Part shown: positions 14,160-25,768 of the stretch, piece by piece
Layout of the letters: each line of letters opens with the position of its first letter
Numbering within the stretch: position 1 is the stretch's first letter
DNA from: Lingula anatina
Taxonomy: Eukaryota > Animalia > Brachiopoda
DNA length: 64,000 nt
Assembly (NCBI GenBank): GCA_051362555.1
Contig: CM120644.1
Span: 20,172,534-20,236,533, forward strand
Direction of reading: 5' to 3'
Position numbers and translations under genes: made by a program
The notes under the pieces: generated by a model
What the model was told of the DNA's origin: nothing
What the model saw: only the letters and a program-made list of their open reading frames with translations
Databases searched by the model: none

Positions 14160-14692
14160 TGCACAGACTCGTTGGAGAATGGCTGTTGACAGAAAATATC
14201 CAAGAAACAATAGCTAGAGGAGGTGGTTCCGCAAGCAGCCCAGATGCATACCCAATTCAGCACAAGTGGGACGACCCTGGTTGTGCTATTCAAAGGAGAA
14301 ACCCTTCCGCTGCAAAGTTAGATCAACTTCGAGATGCCCTTCAAGTTGAATGGACCAGAATTCCTCTCCAAAGTGCTGTAACTCTAGTTCACAGTATGCC
14401 ACGCCGTCTGGCGGCCATAATCCAAGCTCGCGGTGGAGTATTCCCGCTACTGAGATAAATAATGAAGTCTGAAGGGTTTTCATGACAATCTCCCCAAATT
14501 TCATATTAATTGTCAATCACAATACAATTTCATATTTAATTTTTCACTTGTTACTGTTGTATAAAAAAAATACTCATTTCGAGGGGCATGAGAAAAAACC
14601 CTTAATAAATAAACTCTTTTCTTAGATTTGCATTTTTTGTTTCTCTTTCACTTTGCTAATCTTTCGTGTACCAACCATTTTGGGCAAGAGTG
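14160..14692 (+). mobile_element. Tc1/mariner (Tc1-like) transposon 3' relic
   Basis: ORF 14153-14458 contains SSPDAYPIQHKWD...LRDALQVEWTRIP...LVHSMPRRLAAIIQARGG. This matches the degenerate Tc1 C-terminus (SPDLNPIEHLW...SMPRRLxAVIxAxGG). The relic ends in a TIR-like CATTTTGGGCAAGAGTG followed by TA at 14693. Confidence 0.85.
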
Positions 14693-16613
14693 TATATGAA
14701 GGTTTTTACCCTGTCAGTGGTGAATGGTATCAGTACACACATTCAACCATACCCGAAACTCAACTTCCCCAAATTTCCTCAGACTTTAATGTGTCATCAT
14801 ATTTGACCCGAACCCCCCCCCTCCCCCCAAACACACTCAACCCATATCGGACACTCCTCCTGCCGTACAGTATGTGTTAGTTTCACGACATTTACTTTTA
14901 AACTAAAATATTTTCCGGACAGTACCCGTGAATTATTATGTCATTACTTTAAGAACATCTTTACCCTCCCTTGCCCTGTCTCACGTTGTCTTCAATAACA
15001 CAATTGGGTGATTTTTGTGGAGTCCGTCACAATCATGGTTGAGACAGCGTCATAAACGAGACACCGCAGCCTATGGTATATTTCCCTTGTTGACAGGGAT
15101 TGTTCATTTGAAATGTATTCGCAGTGGCAGATAGATTAGCGGATCGGATGAAAAAGGGGATGAGAAAGAATTTTAAAAGGCCAATAAGATTAAAGTACCA
15201 ACAGATTTAGCAAACACATTACTATATCGAAAGAATCAGTTCATTTAAAAGCAAGAGCTGCCAGGCGTTAAAAAACGGATTAGGCGTTAACTAACCCTAC
15301 CTGCAGATCTTTTAGCTTTAATACCCATATTAACCACATAACCCGCGACTTAACCATCCAATCGCAAATGTATTTACCATTGCACATTTCCATTAAGTTT
15401 TCAACATGTTAGATTTCCATTGGGTTTTCATTATAACAAACCAGCCTTCAGTGCTGTAACACAATTTTTAGCGGAGTCGTAAACCCTCCTCACACATCTA
15501 CTGACACTCTCCCCCCCCCCCCCCCCGGGAGCTGGATATGCTGGAGAGACGAATTAATTACACACAAAGATCAGAGCTTTTCCATTACGTTTTCAATGTC
15601 GTAAAAACAGCTTTCGATGTGTTTTTATGTGTGCGTGTGCGTGATTGGGCGTGTGCGTGCGTGCTTTAACACAATTTTTGTCGGAGTCATAATCTCTCCT
15701 GACACGTGCTGACACTTTGCCCCCCCCTCCCCTTCTCACCCCACCCGGCCCACCCGGCCCAAACACCAACCAATCCGCGACCCAGGTACAGTTACAGTTT
15801 ACTTGAGTTCATCATATCACTAAATCTTTTTTATCTACCCTTCAGTACAAGTGATGGCCTTTAATTTTAAGTTAAAATAACATGTCATCACTGCCCATGA
15901 CTTATTACGTCATTTCTCTAAGAACATCAGTATCCGAGTGAAATTGAATTTTTCTATACAAATATCTCATACATCTCTACATATATCTCAGAGAAATATT
16001 TTCAGTCCTTTATTTTGCTCTTCGTTTATTGCAATGAAATGAGCATTCGCATTTTTTGAATGCAGCCGCAAACATTTTACGGCAATGGGCATTGAATGGG
16101 TAGAGAGCGGCGAACATGTTCTAGCTTGGCGCCCGCGTTGCATATGGCCCACTAGATTCCTATTTCCATATTTGGCCATGTACTGTCGCACACATATCGA
16201 ATGAAAAATATGACCTCGGCTTCAGATGTAAAGTTTTAGTGAAATGTTATGTATCTTTGATCGCTGATCTTTGTGAGTATTATTCGTAAAGTCTGTTAGC
16301 GTTTCTGTATAATATACGCAAGGGTACGCTTCATCGATGTTGAAGGGTATCAGTACACACACACTCAAGCACACCCAAAATTCAACTTCCAAAATTTCCT
16401 CACACCTTTATCTGTCATCATGTTTGACCCCCCTCCCCCTCCCCCCCCCCCACACACACACAACCCACACCGCACACTTCCCTCATAACACTGGTTATTT
16501 TGTCGAAGGCTGATTTTATCACATTGTCTTTAATCTACCGTACAGTATATGTTAGTTTCACGACATTTACTTTTACACTAAAATAGTTTTCCAACAGTAC
16601 CCATGAATTTAAT

Positions 16614-16686
16614 AGGCGAGATAGGGAGGGCGGAGATGTTTTTAAAGTATTATTTTAAAAACATCTCCCCCTTCCCTATCTCGCCT
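16614..16686. repeat. 73-bp near-perfect palindrome inserted into a family-A repeat
   Basis: Arms are AGGCGAGATAGGGAGGGCGGAGATGTTTTTAAA and TTTAAAAACATCTCCCCCTTCCCTATCTCGCCT. Confidence 0.85.
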
Positions 16687-16696
16687 TATGCCTTCA

Positions 16697-17148
16697 CTAA
16701 CACAAATTGTGAACACCTTGTTTATCAGTTGTAGTAGTCATTGTTGTAATTCGTGTAGTCAGTCTCATTTGTTTTCCTACATTCAAGTTCTTGTGAGTTA
16801 TGTGAAATAAACTGGCTATGGGACGTTGAGTGACAGTACTCGTCAACGGGCTGGTTCCTTTCAGCCGAGATAAAGGAGACCTCGTAGAAAAAGTAGTTTT
16901 CTTATTGGGTCTCTTCCTGGGGTGCAACACTATGAATTTTCTCTTTCTTCAAGGGCAAGTTTTTTACTGCCCTTTTCTCGTATATAAGGCATACTAACAT
17001 GAGTACTAGTCCGTCTAGTGCGCAAGCCGATCCAATTTACAACGTCGCAAGTCTGAAAGGATGCAAGAGTTATATCCAAAACGAACGACAGAGTCAAGAC
17101 GCACGCAATCCATAGAGCCGAAGGTTTTTGAAACCTAATATTCCGCAT
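16697..17148 (-). pseudogene. Frameshifted exon encoding a signal peptide and a Thr/Ser-rich region
   Basis: ORF 17148-16930 starts MRNIRFQKPSALWIACVLTLSFVLDITLA (signal-peptide-like). The adjacent frame 16930-16697 is T/S-rich (TTFSTRSP...TTRITTMTTTT) and ends in repeat sequence. Confidence 0.35.
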
Positions 17149-18685
17149 TCTTCTTTGAGTTTATTACATAAATAAAAAATAACTGTCAATCAGCACATTG
17201 TGATGTTACATGTAGGTACTATTCACTAAGCTCATTTAGCCCATTCGCTGAAATCATTTTCATTATTCACAAACACTTGAATCCAATATTCCAGAAAACT
17301 AACATACATATCATCGTATATAGACATTTGGACTTTATACTTGCCTCGCCCTAGCGGGAGCCTCTCACTTCCTAGGTGTAATAAAATGTAGTTCTTGTAG
17401 TTTCAACGCAAAGAGTTACATGTAATTAACGACGCACCTCTCCAAAGGAGGCATCATTCTACTACAATCCTAAGTTATCCGGAATACTTAAATTGATAAA
17501 AGTTATCTCCAAACAAATTTAACCCGTTTGTGCAAATAGCTACTATGTTAGCTCCGTCCATAGAAGATCAAATGGTTTTTCGGCTGCTATCAGAACGAGT
17601 AAACACTATGAATTTAATTCGAAACTTTGATAAATTATGGGGCCCTCACCCTTAGTGAATTTCAAGATTACGCAAGCTTACTTATTTCAACCAGTATGAT
17701 ACACTTTCTGATAACATACATTACTTTCATTTGCCCACGTCTAATCTTTTAATTTTGGTGCAATCTTCATTGATCGTTTATCTTAACTTAAGAAGTAACT
17801 CTTTTCATACGAAAAAGCATGTTTTCTTTCAAAATAACCCGTTTAGAACAGGACATATAACCTGATTAATTAGCCTAGATACAGAACAGTATCTCTTACT
17901 ACCTTAAAAAAAACTTGCACTCTGGGATATGTCACCTAATAGTACATATGAAATCAGGGGACAAAATCCAAATACGCAGTATCTTCTTTAATTTTTAGAA
18001 GATTCGATAATAAGGTAATTTTGTATTCCCAGACGTGGAGGTCATGTATCATTGTTATATTTTTTATTGTTTAACTATGAATTCAAAATCGTATTTAAAG
18101 ATGCATTGCTTAAGTCAAGCGCAAAGGAAGCAAAATACCGTGCATTTAAAAGTAAAGGTTGGGGGTGGGGTGAGGTGGGGTGGGTGGGGTGAGGTGGGGT
18201 GGGGTGAGGGAGGAGGTTAATGGGGATACATGTAACAACAAAAAATTCGGCTAACGACGTATATGTAATGGCTTCTTTATGTTTACAATTGGATTTCAAA
18301 AAGTGAAGAAAAGACAGGGCGGTCTCCTCATCCCCCACCGAACCCTCCGCTTCCTGATTGGCTTTTTTTTAAAGGCTTGTATGACATTTTGTGACGTACA
18401 TGTAGTCTAAAGCGTGGTGTGTTACGTGTTTACATCTGTTGATGCAATACCTATTTGGTCACCCCCCCCCCCCCCCCCCCCCCCCCCGACAATTTTTAAT
18501 TGTTGAATTGTTTGATTTTAAACTTTAAATATCAATGAAATTCTGTTCGGAATGGTTATATATATTTTTACTGCACTCATGACCGCAATTGTAACATTTA
18601 TCACTAGTAATGACCTCGAGGAAGCCTGCATTACGCGTCACGTTGCAATAAAAACAATTGCGAACTTAGACCTTACAACTTCACA

Positions 18686-19538
18686 ATGGCGGGGGAGCAA
18701 AGGAGTAATAGCAACAGCAGCTTAGTGTATTGTATTTCATGTAAAACTATGGCTATTTTGACTGTAATATGTGTACTGAGTCTCATAACGCATACTCAAG
18801 CTGTGGATCCAATACAAATATGTGGTGCTGATGGATACGATATTACGAATTTAACCAGGTGAGATGCAAGGATCTATATATGGCTTGTGCAAACTTTTAA
18901 ATCACGGGCATTATCTGAGAACATGGTCATGTGACCGATGTGCTAGCACCAAACTTTAAAGTTATATATAAATATCTTATGTCACCCATTTTCTTATATA
19001 AAGTCTGCGATGTTGACGCTTACACTTTTACTGGGTATGTGTACCATCCATTCCTTATATCTGTAATATAGGGCTACCAATATCAAATGATGTCAACTCG
19101 TACTTTATCTTTAAAATGTCAGGTCGTCATGTTGCCCCATTCAGGCCGTATAGTACTGTGTGTAGGTTGGGGAGGAAAGCGGCTTATCCTGAGCACAATA
19201 GTCACTGACATGTCTTAAGTCGGGCTTCCTTACGAGAGCATTCCTTTTTCACATTCACATACTCTCCGTGCTTAAGCTACCTTCAGTACTTTAGTACACG
19301 AGCGGAAAAACCCGGAAGTCACTTATGACTAAATGGTTGACAACAATTTTCACTGAGTCAAATATACATATTTCTAAACAACATGCGTGCTGTGCTTGCA
19401 CTGACCCAACACACGACATTATTTGCCTGTTCGCTGGTAACATTGTCTCAGCAGTGGCCCAGGCTACTATACACAGACCATTTCAAGTCCTATACCATTG
19501 CCACATACAGGTATAGTCGACCTCTCGCGGGTTAGATG

Positions 19539-19582
<44 letters not shown>

Positions 19583-20837
19583 TTTACATATATATACATT
19601 CTCGATATATTTTAAGTGCTGGTTTTTTATCCTAATTACAGTGCTGACTACTGGGAGTTCTCTACAAGTCAAAAGTGTCTTCATTTGGGCAACACCACCA
19701 CTTCAAACTGTACGTTTTTCATGGCGTTTTGTAAGCCTTTGCAAACAGGAGGAGCCAATTGTACCAACGCAGGCATCTGCCAGATGGATGATGACAACAC
19801 AGAAAATGTTTATAGAATAGGTGGATACCGGCAAAACCCTTTCGTGGAACAAGGTTAGAAAACTTTCACACTAGTTCTTATATAAGACTATATCTGTTCA
19901 TAGCGCATTGATTCAGTTACTCTTGGCACCGAGCGTTAGGCACGGTTGGGAATCTCGCTTCACATGTTCATTTTCTTCTTTTGCAGTAACGAATGGCTTT
20001 TACGCTGGATTTCCGAACGGACAACCCTTCACAACTTCTTTTGGAAAACCGTGCAATCTTTCCATTTTAATTGAGTTTAAATGCAACAAGAATGTACTGT
20101 GGAGGGCAAATATTGATACTTCTACTGTAAATCCCTCTGAGGCTCCGAATCCAACGAAGTTAGTGTACCACCCAACTTCTTGTGCTGTAAGTAGGATATT
20201 CATCTATTACCTTGTATTATGTCGTGTCTCGTGTTTCGGACCAGCTGAAAACAATAGGGACAAGACGCCATAGTTTTATAAAATAGCTCTACTCTTTGCA
20301 ATTATATTTTCCTTCTTTTTAGGAAAAAATGTGAATTTTTATTTATTTATTTCGATGTTATCAATATAAAATAATCTTTCATAACCCGCTTATCGTTAAG
20401 TGGTCATGCACAGTGTTGTTGCCTTCTTTATTTCAGTATCAGCTAACTTTTGACTATGCGGGTGCATGTCAGAAAATTAGTCCAGCAACAACAGTAACTT
20501 CTTTAAGTGGATCAAGGACGTATATTGAATATACGTCCTTGAGTGGATGTACAGTGCTAATCATCATGTGAGTAGACAGAACAATTCATTTAATTATTAA
20601 CTATCAACCATAATAAGCTATACAAAAGCTTGTACTTTATTTGAGAGCATTATATATTATTTACGTTATTCGGTAATCAGATTGCAGTGTCACCCACAAT
20701 TAATTCGGAGGACACTGGAAACTAGCAGTGTTACGTCACACACCAAATAATAGTGAATAAAAACTACTTTTTTCTATTTTCCTTTTTCTTTCAGATTTTT
20801 GTCTCATTGTTTCTTTACATCCTTTTCGGCAGTCTAG
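18686..20837 (+). CDS. MRH-domain (CD-MPR/ATG27-like) protein, 252 aa as spliced; C-terminus frameshifted relative to the apparent ancestral transmembrane form
   Basis: GT-AG exons 18686-18858, 19642-19853, 19987-20186, 20437-20567, 20795-20837 join into one ORF. Signal peptide MAILTVICVLSLITHTQA. MRH-type pattern CxxxGYDITNL...FCKP...C..AGICQ...YRIG...C..SILIEFKCN...CAYQLTFDYAGAC, then LSGCTVLII. A TM-like FVSLFLYILFGSLAN lies in a different frame of exon 5. Confidence 0.75.
19542..19579. repeat. (TA)n microsatellite
   Basis: Read directly from the sequence. Confidence 0.95.
20506..20548. mobile_element. Transposon excision footprint, P-superfamily-like
   Basis: AGTGGAT-CAAGGACGTATATT-G-AATATACGTCCTTG-AGTGGAT: a 7-bp direct repeat flanks two perfect 14-bp inverted arms. 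Net +36 nt, in frame. Confidence 0.8.
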
Positions 20838-20873
20838 CGAACGCGTGTGTGTTTGAGCAGACAAGGGTTCAGG

Positions 20874-21548
20874 TCCGTGTATGGTGGGGCAAAGTTATTT
20901 CCATTTGGTCAGAAAATGAAAAATCGGCCGTTTTTCATTTTCATTTGATAAATGGTCAAAATGAAATGGAAAATTAACCCCGATTTTCGTTTTTCCTTTT
21001 AAAATGAAAAATGAACAAACGATATTATTTTTCTACTTTTTTATGAAATATCCTCTGATTACCCATGTCTAGAGAGTGAAAAATATTAGAAAACACGCCC
21101 TTTCTCCTGTTGTGAAGAATTGAAATATCGAAACATGTTCATTTTTGCTATTATTATATAGTTTCAATTTTCAAGTTAGTTCGTTTTTCTGATTTTCATT
21201 TCAGAAATAAAAATGGTAAAACGGAAGTATACATGTATATAGACACCCAGACAGAAAAATTGCAGCCCTTGAAAGTTTGACTTCACAAGACTCTAGGATT
21301 ATCCCTGGTTTTGTATAAGTATTAGGAGTTTTAGTAAATAACTTCAAGAAGAATGAATTAAGGAATTTCAGATATTCTAAAAACTGTGGGCAATTATGGA
21401 AAAACAATGCGCCATCGCTGTGTGTGGTTCAGAAATATGAAATAACCCCCGTAAGTTAGTGCCTAGGTCTAAGTGGAGAAGAGATGAAGGTTGGATCTGT
21501 TTTCGTTTTCTGACGAAATGGAAAGCACTTTGCCCCGCCATACACGGA
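20874..21548. mobile_element. MITE with ~50-bp imperfect TIRs
   Basis: Left TCCGTGTATGGTGGGGCAAAGTTATTTCCATTTGGTCAGAAAATGAAAA. Right TTTTCGTTTTCTGACGAAATGGAAAGCACTTTGCCCCGCCATACACGGA. Confidence 0.8.
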
Positions 21549-22110
21549 TCAAGTTGGACCCTCATATTGACCACAATCCTTTGTGCGCAACAGCGCTACA
21601 GACCATTGTTGAAACAAACTTTATGGTTTGTTAAATATATAATTAGACTACCAGTTTAAAACTGAACTTGTGAGATTCTTTTTAAACGAAAATTTATTAT
21701 TCGATTTCATTCATAATAAAGCTGCTTTATTCCATTATTAATTAATTCTTAATTAAAACAAAAAAAGTTTTATTGATAGATATTTTGGATCTTGCAACAC
21801 ATACAACGTGACGTACGGAAACCTCAATAAATCTGCCTCATTTGAACTATTTGTTCATCAAAGACTCTCAAAAATCAATTTGATAAATTAAAAATGTATA
21901 ACAATGTATTTCAAGGCGTTTACATGGGATTCTTACTTCATTTTCGTATAGGGTGCCAACTTAGCCCGACCCTGGGGCCAACTTGCCCCGTAGGGGGGCA
22001 AGTTGGCCCTCCTGACGTCAATTGCGTCAATTTGTGAGCCATCTGGCATTATATTTGAAAAATAATAACCCCATGACGTCAAATTGTGAGCCATCTGGCA
22101 TTATATTTGA

Positions 22111-22620
22111 ATAATAATAATAATAATAATCTTCATCGAGCAATAAAATGTGTACGAGTTACATTTTGCAGGCTCTCTACTCTAGTCATAACAACTTAAC
22201 AACAACTATACAAAACTATACAAATACTACTTACAAAGTCTACTTCTTCTGTCACTATGTTCTTCACATTTCCGTAGAAAGTGGATTTCCGTTTCAATTT
22301 CATTACAGTGGGGGCATTTACGATTTTCAGTCGTTTTAGGAGACGTGTAGCGACCCCGTTCAATTTCTAAGTCGTGGTCACTAATCCGCATTTTTGCAAT
22401 AGTCTTTATTTCTGATGGTGTGACTTTCATTAAGAGATATTTTCAGGGGTGTCAGTTTTTTTAAGTAATCTGTATGTCCTAAGTTTACTGTAGTCATCAC
22501 TTTCCAGGTCTTTCCAAAATAGTTCCTCAATTTTATTGTTGATAGCATCTCTTAGGTTTTCAAAATTATCTAGTGTTTGTGTATCAGTTTTATGACCCTA
22601 ACCCCAACACTGTATAAAAG
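22111..22620 (-). mobile_element. 5'-truncated non-LTR retrotransposon (LINE) 3' end
   Basis: ORF 22430-22227 reads IAKMRISDHDLEIERGRY...RKCPHCNEIETEIHFLRKC, the typical C-terminal Cys/His motif of non-LTR ORF2. An (ATT)n tail lies at 22111-22130 on the minus strand. Confidence 0.8.
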
Positions 22621-22784
22621 TTCTTATTGATTAAGACCAATTCAGACCAAAATTATAACGTTGCACACGTAGCTCAGTTCATGGGGCTTACTTTGAAACC
22701 GGTTTTGTTGTTCTAACTCATTTCTATTTGGCTCTACAAGGCCAAAAGTGTCTAACTGGGCCGACTAGCCCCGGTCTTCCCTTT

Positions 22785-24231
22785 ATATAGAAATCTTTAA
22801 CATAAGAAATCAATTTTTGAATTCGACCGATCCATGCCAATCTTTTTTCGAGAAGCTGTTATATGAAATGTTTATGACTTCAAATACTTTCCAAATGCAC
22901 AATATTTCAGAAACTTTATATGTATAACTTTTCCCTCAGTATTCCCCCTTCCTTAATTGTTTCTCACTCTTTACTGTAATAATGATTTGCTCGGGATTTG
23001 GTGTTACGGCACATTCTACTCAATGGGTTTAGTTTATATAGGAATGAAACAGTAGTGAGCAAGCGAATGGTAGTCTATATTTACTTGCCGTGAACTAACT
23101 TTGTAGGGCGAAAAGAGAAAGGCCAGGTAAAGTTGGTATAGGGACATATTTTTGAATATGGACTGTGCGTGTCGCGCTTATAGGATCGTTGGCTTTGCCA
23201 CAGGGTCTCTGACACAACCAGGCGTCTTTGATCCTCTTACCTGCTGGAATATTGTTGGTTGTTCAGAATACGAGGTACAGGTGACATTTACTCAGGACGC
23301 CATGACGGGAGGGAAAGAACTCGAAAGGTGGTCACGATCCTCCTGGAAGAAGCATGGCATTCAACGCGACCTGCCCTAAGATGGACAGCTTGTGCCGCAG
23401 TGAGCACAGCTTGTATCGGTGTACAGCTTGTTGGAGGATTTTCTCGTTTACTGTTACAAGGATGGGAGCGCAAATTTTCTATGAAGGGGGAGAAATAAAT
23501 AGTTGTGCCATTATTTGAGTTATAATCACCCGGGCGACAAGCCTTGAAGGAAATGATCGAGAGCTATTTATTGTATATAAAGACTTTTACCCTGTCCATG
23601 ATGAAGGGTATCAGCACACACACTCAAGCACACCCACACCGTACACTGTCCTCATAACACTGGTTATTTTGTCGACTGCTGTTTTCATCACATTTTCTTT
23701 TCATATACCGTGTAGTACACTGTATATGTTAGATTCACGACATTAACTCTTAAACTAAAATAGCTTTCCAACACTATCCATGAATTATTGCTGGAAGAAC
23801 ATCTTTACTCCCCCAGCCCCGTCTCACGTTGTCTTCACTAACACAATCGTGTGATTTTTGTGGAGTCCGTCACAATCATGGTTGAGACAGCGTCATAAAC
23901 GAGACACCGCAGCCTGTGGCACATTTTGTTGAACAAAGATTGTTCACTTAAAATATTCTTCACAGTGGCAGATAGATTAGCCAAAAAAGAGGAAAGAGTT
24001 AAAGGTCAATAAGAGTAAAGTACAAGTAGATTTAGCAGAGACATTAATAAAAATCGAAAGAATCACTTCATTTATAAACAGGAGCTGCCGGGCAGACGAA
24101 TAAATTACTTACAAAGATCGACGCTCTTTTATTACGTGTTCAACATATTAGCTGAGAGACATATGGGAATACCCTGTTAATTACGTAATTTGTACTCGAT
24201 ATTTGGCCTCTAGATTTGATTTAAATATAAC
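22785..24231 (+). repeat. Family-A modular repeat copy
   Basis: Collinear with 12160-13320. The 5' part matches the reverse complement of ~62450-62672 and the 3' end matches the reverse complement of ~49139-49300. Confidence 0.85.
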
Positions 24232-25630
24232 TGGAGTCAAAAATACTAATTTAAATCAAGAGATCAACCTATACGTGCAACAGGCAGAAACAGGATTTTA
24301 ACGTAGAAGTTTCCAATGCACCTTTGCCTTACTAATGGTTTCAATGTAAGAAGACTGCGACGTGCAAATAAAGTGACACAGGGATGCAGGAGTAGTGAAG
24401 ACCGATGTGTTCACTTTTGATGTCATTTTAGTAACATAACTATTATGGAATTGCTATGAAAAGGAGTGCATAATTACAATGACCGCACATGACTGCAAGA
24501 TTCCTACATGTAAGTGTGTGTTTGTAATATTATCAGTAATATAACACTAGTCCTTTACAGATTGTTTATCTAAGCCTGGTGACGGCCAATTTGCAAGAGT
24601 TACTGGATTTGAAAACATTTTGATTGCATCTGAAAATCTGTATGTAGAAGTACTAAACTCAACGCATATATATTACAATATTTTCACCTCTATATAATAC
24701 GCAACTGTGTACAATATACATATATCCGTTATAGAATATATTACTTTTGAGTTACTATCTGTATCAGAATTCATAACATCGCATATCGAAGATCCGTTTT
24801 AAATTAGCGAAATTGATGTTGATGATTCGGATGGCGTTTACATTTTCGTGTATAAAAAAAATTGATATTTCAAAGCCTGTCAGTCATATTTGTTAGCACA
24901 TAAAGTGGCCTCTGCTTTTTATAATAATTGAGTTCCATAATATAATGGTATTCAAGGCTTGGTTGGTATTCGCCGGCTAGGTTGTTTCCACAAAGGTTAC
25001 ATATATTGTTTTGCATCTCTGCATTTTGAGTTGTTGTAATTTTATTTATATCTTATCTACAGTGTACAGTAGTCATGTCAAAAACTCTAATTAGTGAGTG
25101 GTGGATACAATGCAAGTAAAAATTGAAATGCTTTTTATTTTTTGTCTTAATTGGGATTCCGTTTTCTATAGCCTAGTTTTTATTCTACTGGATGGAATTG
25201 CCACAAAATCAATTAGTTATAATGGAACATAACAACATAACATTCAAGATGTTCTCTGAAGGACGACCTCGTGCCACTGAGATACTAAGCACGCCTGGCC
25301 GTGAGCTCCGAAGAAACTAATGAAAAGCTAGGGTACACAGTAAAAACACGTCCTGGGGGGAGGGGGGGGGGGTATAAAGTGAAATGATTTTCCTTTTACC
25401 TAGGTCATCAGAAGGCTGTAACATTTTTCAAGGCAGCGTGTACTAGTAGATGAGTATCACAGGCAGTAGAAATAACCTACAACTTTTTGCCATGTATACT
25501 GTACATAGGTCTACAAGTTTACTCCTGCTCCGTGTTTCTCTGCTTTGTCCCAGAAGAAATAGAGTGGACTTTTTAAAACACTCCGGACATTAACATTAAT
25601 GAAAAAAAGGCAAAAATGTAGGGGGGGGGC

Positions 25631-25768
25631 GTGGAGAAGGCCGTTGGGAGGGGTAGGGACGTGGAAAAGACCGTGGGGAGGGGTAGGGACGCGGAGAAGG
25701 CCGTGGGGAGGGGCAGGGACGTGGAGAAGGCCGTGGGGAGGGGTAGGGACGTGGAGAAGGAGGTGGGG
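25631..25768. repeat. 30-bp G-rich minisatellite, ~4.6 copies
   Basis: Unit GTGGAGAAGGCCGTGGGGAGGGGTAGGGAC. Confidence 0.9.

Larger units (their letters stand above)
12020..16610 (+). repeat. Patchwork array of a modular interspersed repeat family (family A), interrupted by a Tc1 relic
   Basis: Core GTCTTCACTAACACAATTGGGTGATTTTTGTGGAGTCCGTCACAATCATGGTTGAGACAGC at ~13068, ~13786 and ~14988. Other shared modules (TAGGCGTTAACTAACCCTAC, GGGTATCAGTACACAC, ACACTGGTTATTTTGTC) also occur at 22785-24231 and, reverse-complemented, at 49139-50830 and 58925-64000. Confidence 0.85.

Noticed and set aside
12020-16610. Assignment of family A to Helitron or LTR class
   Set aside because: I could not identify a 3' hairpin plus CTRR end, TG...CA termini or a target-site duplication, so the class is left open.
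24560-24870. Exon-like stretch after CCTTTACAG
   Set aside because: In-frame stops, no consistent donor and no recognisable motif. It does not resemble the missing MRH cytoplasmic tail.
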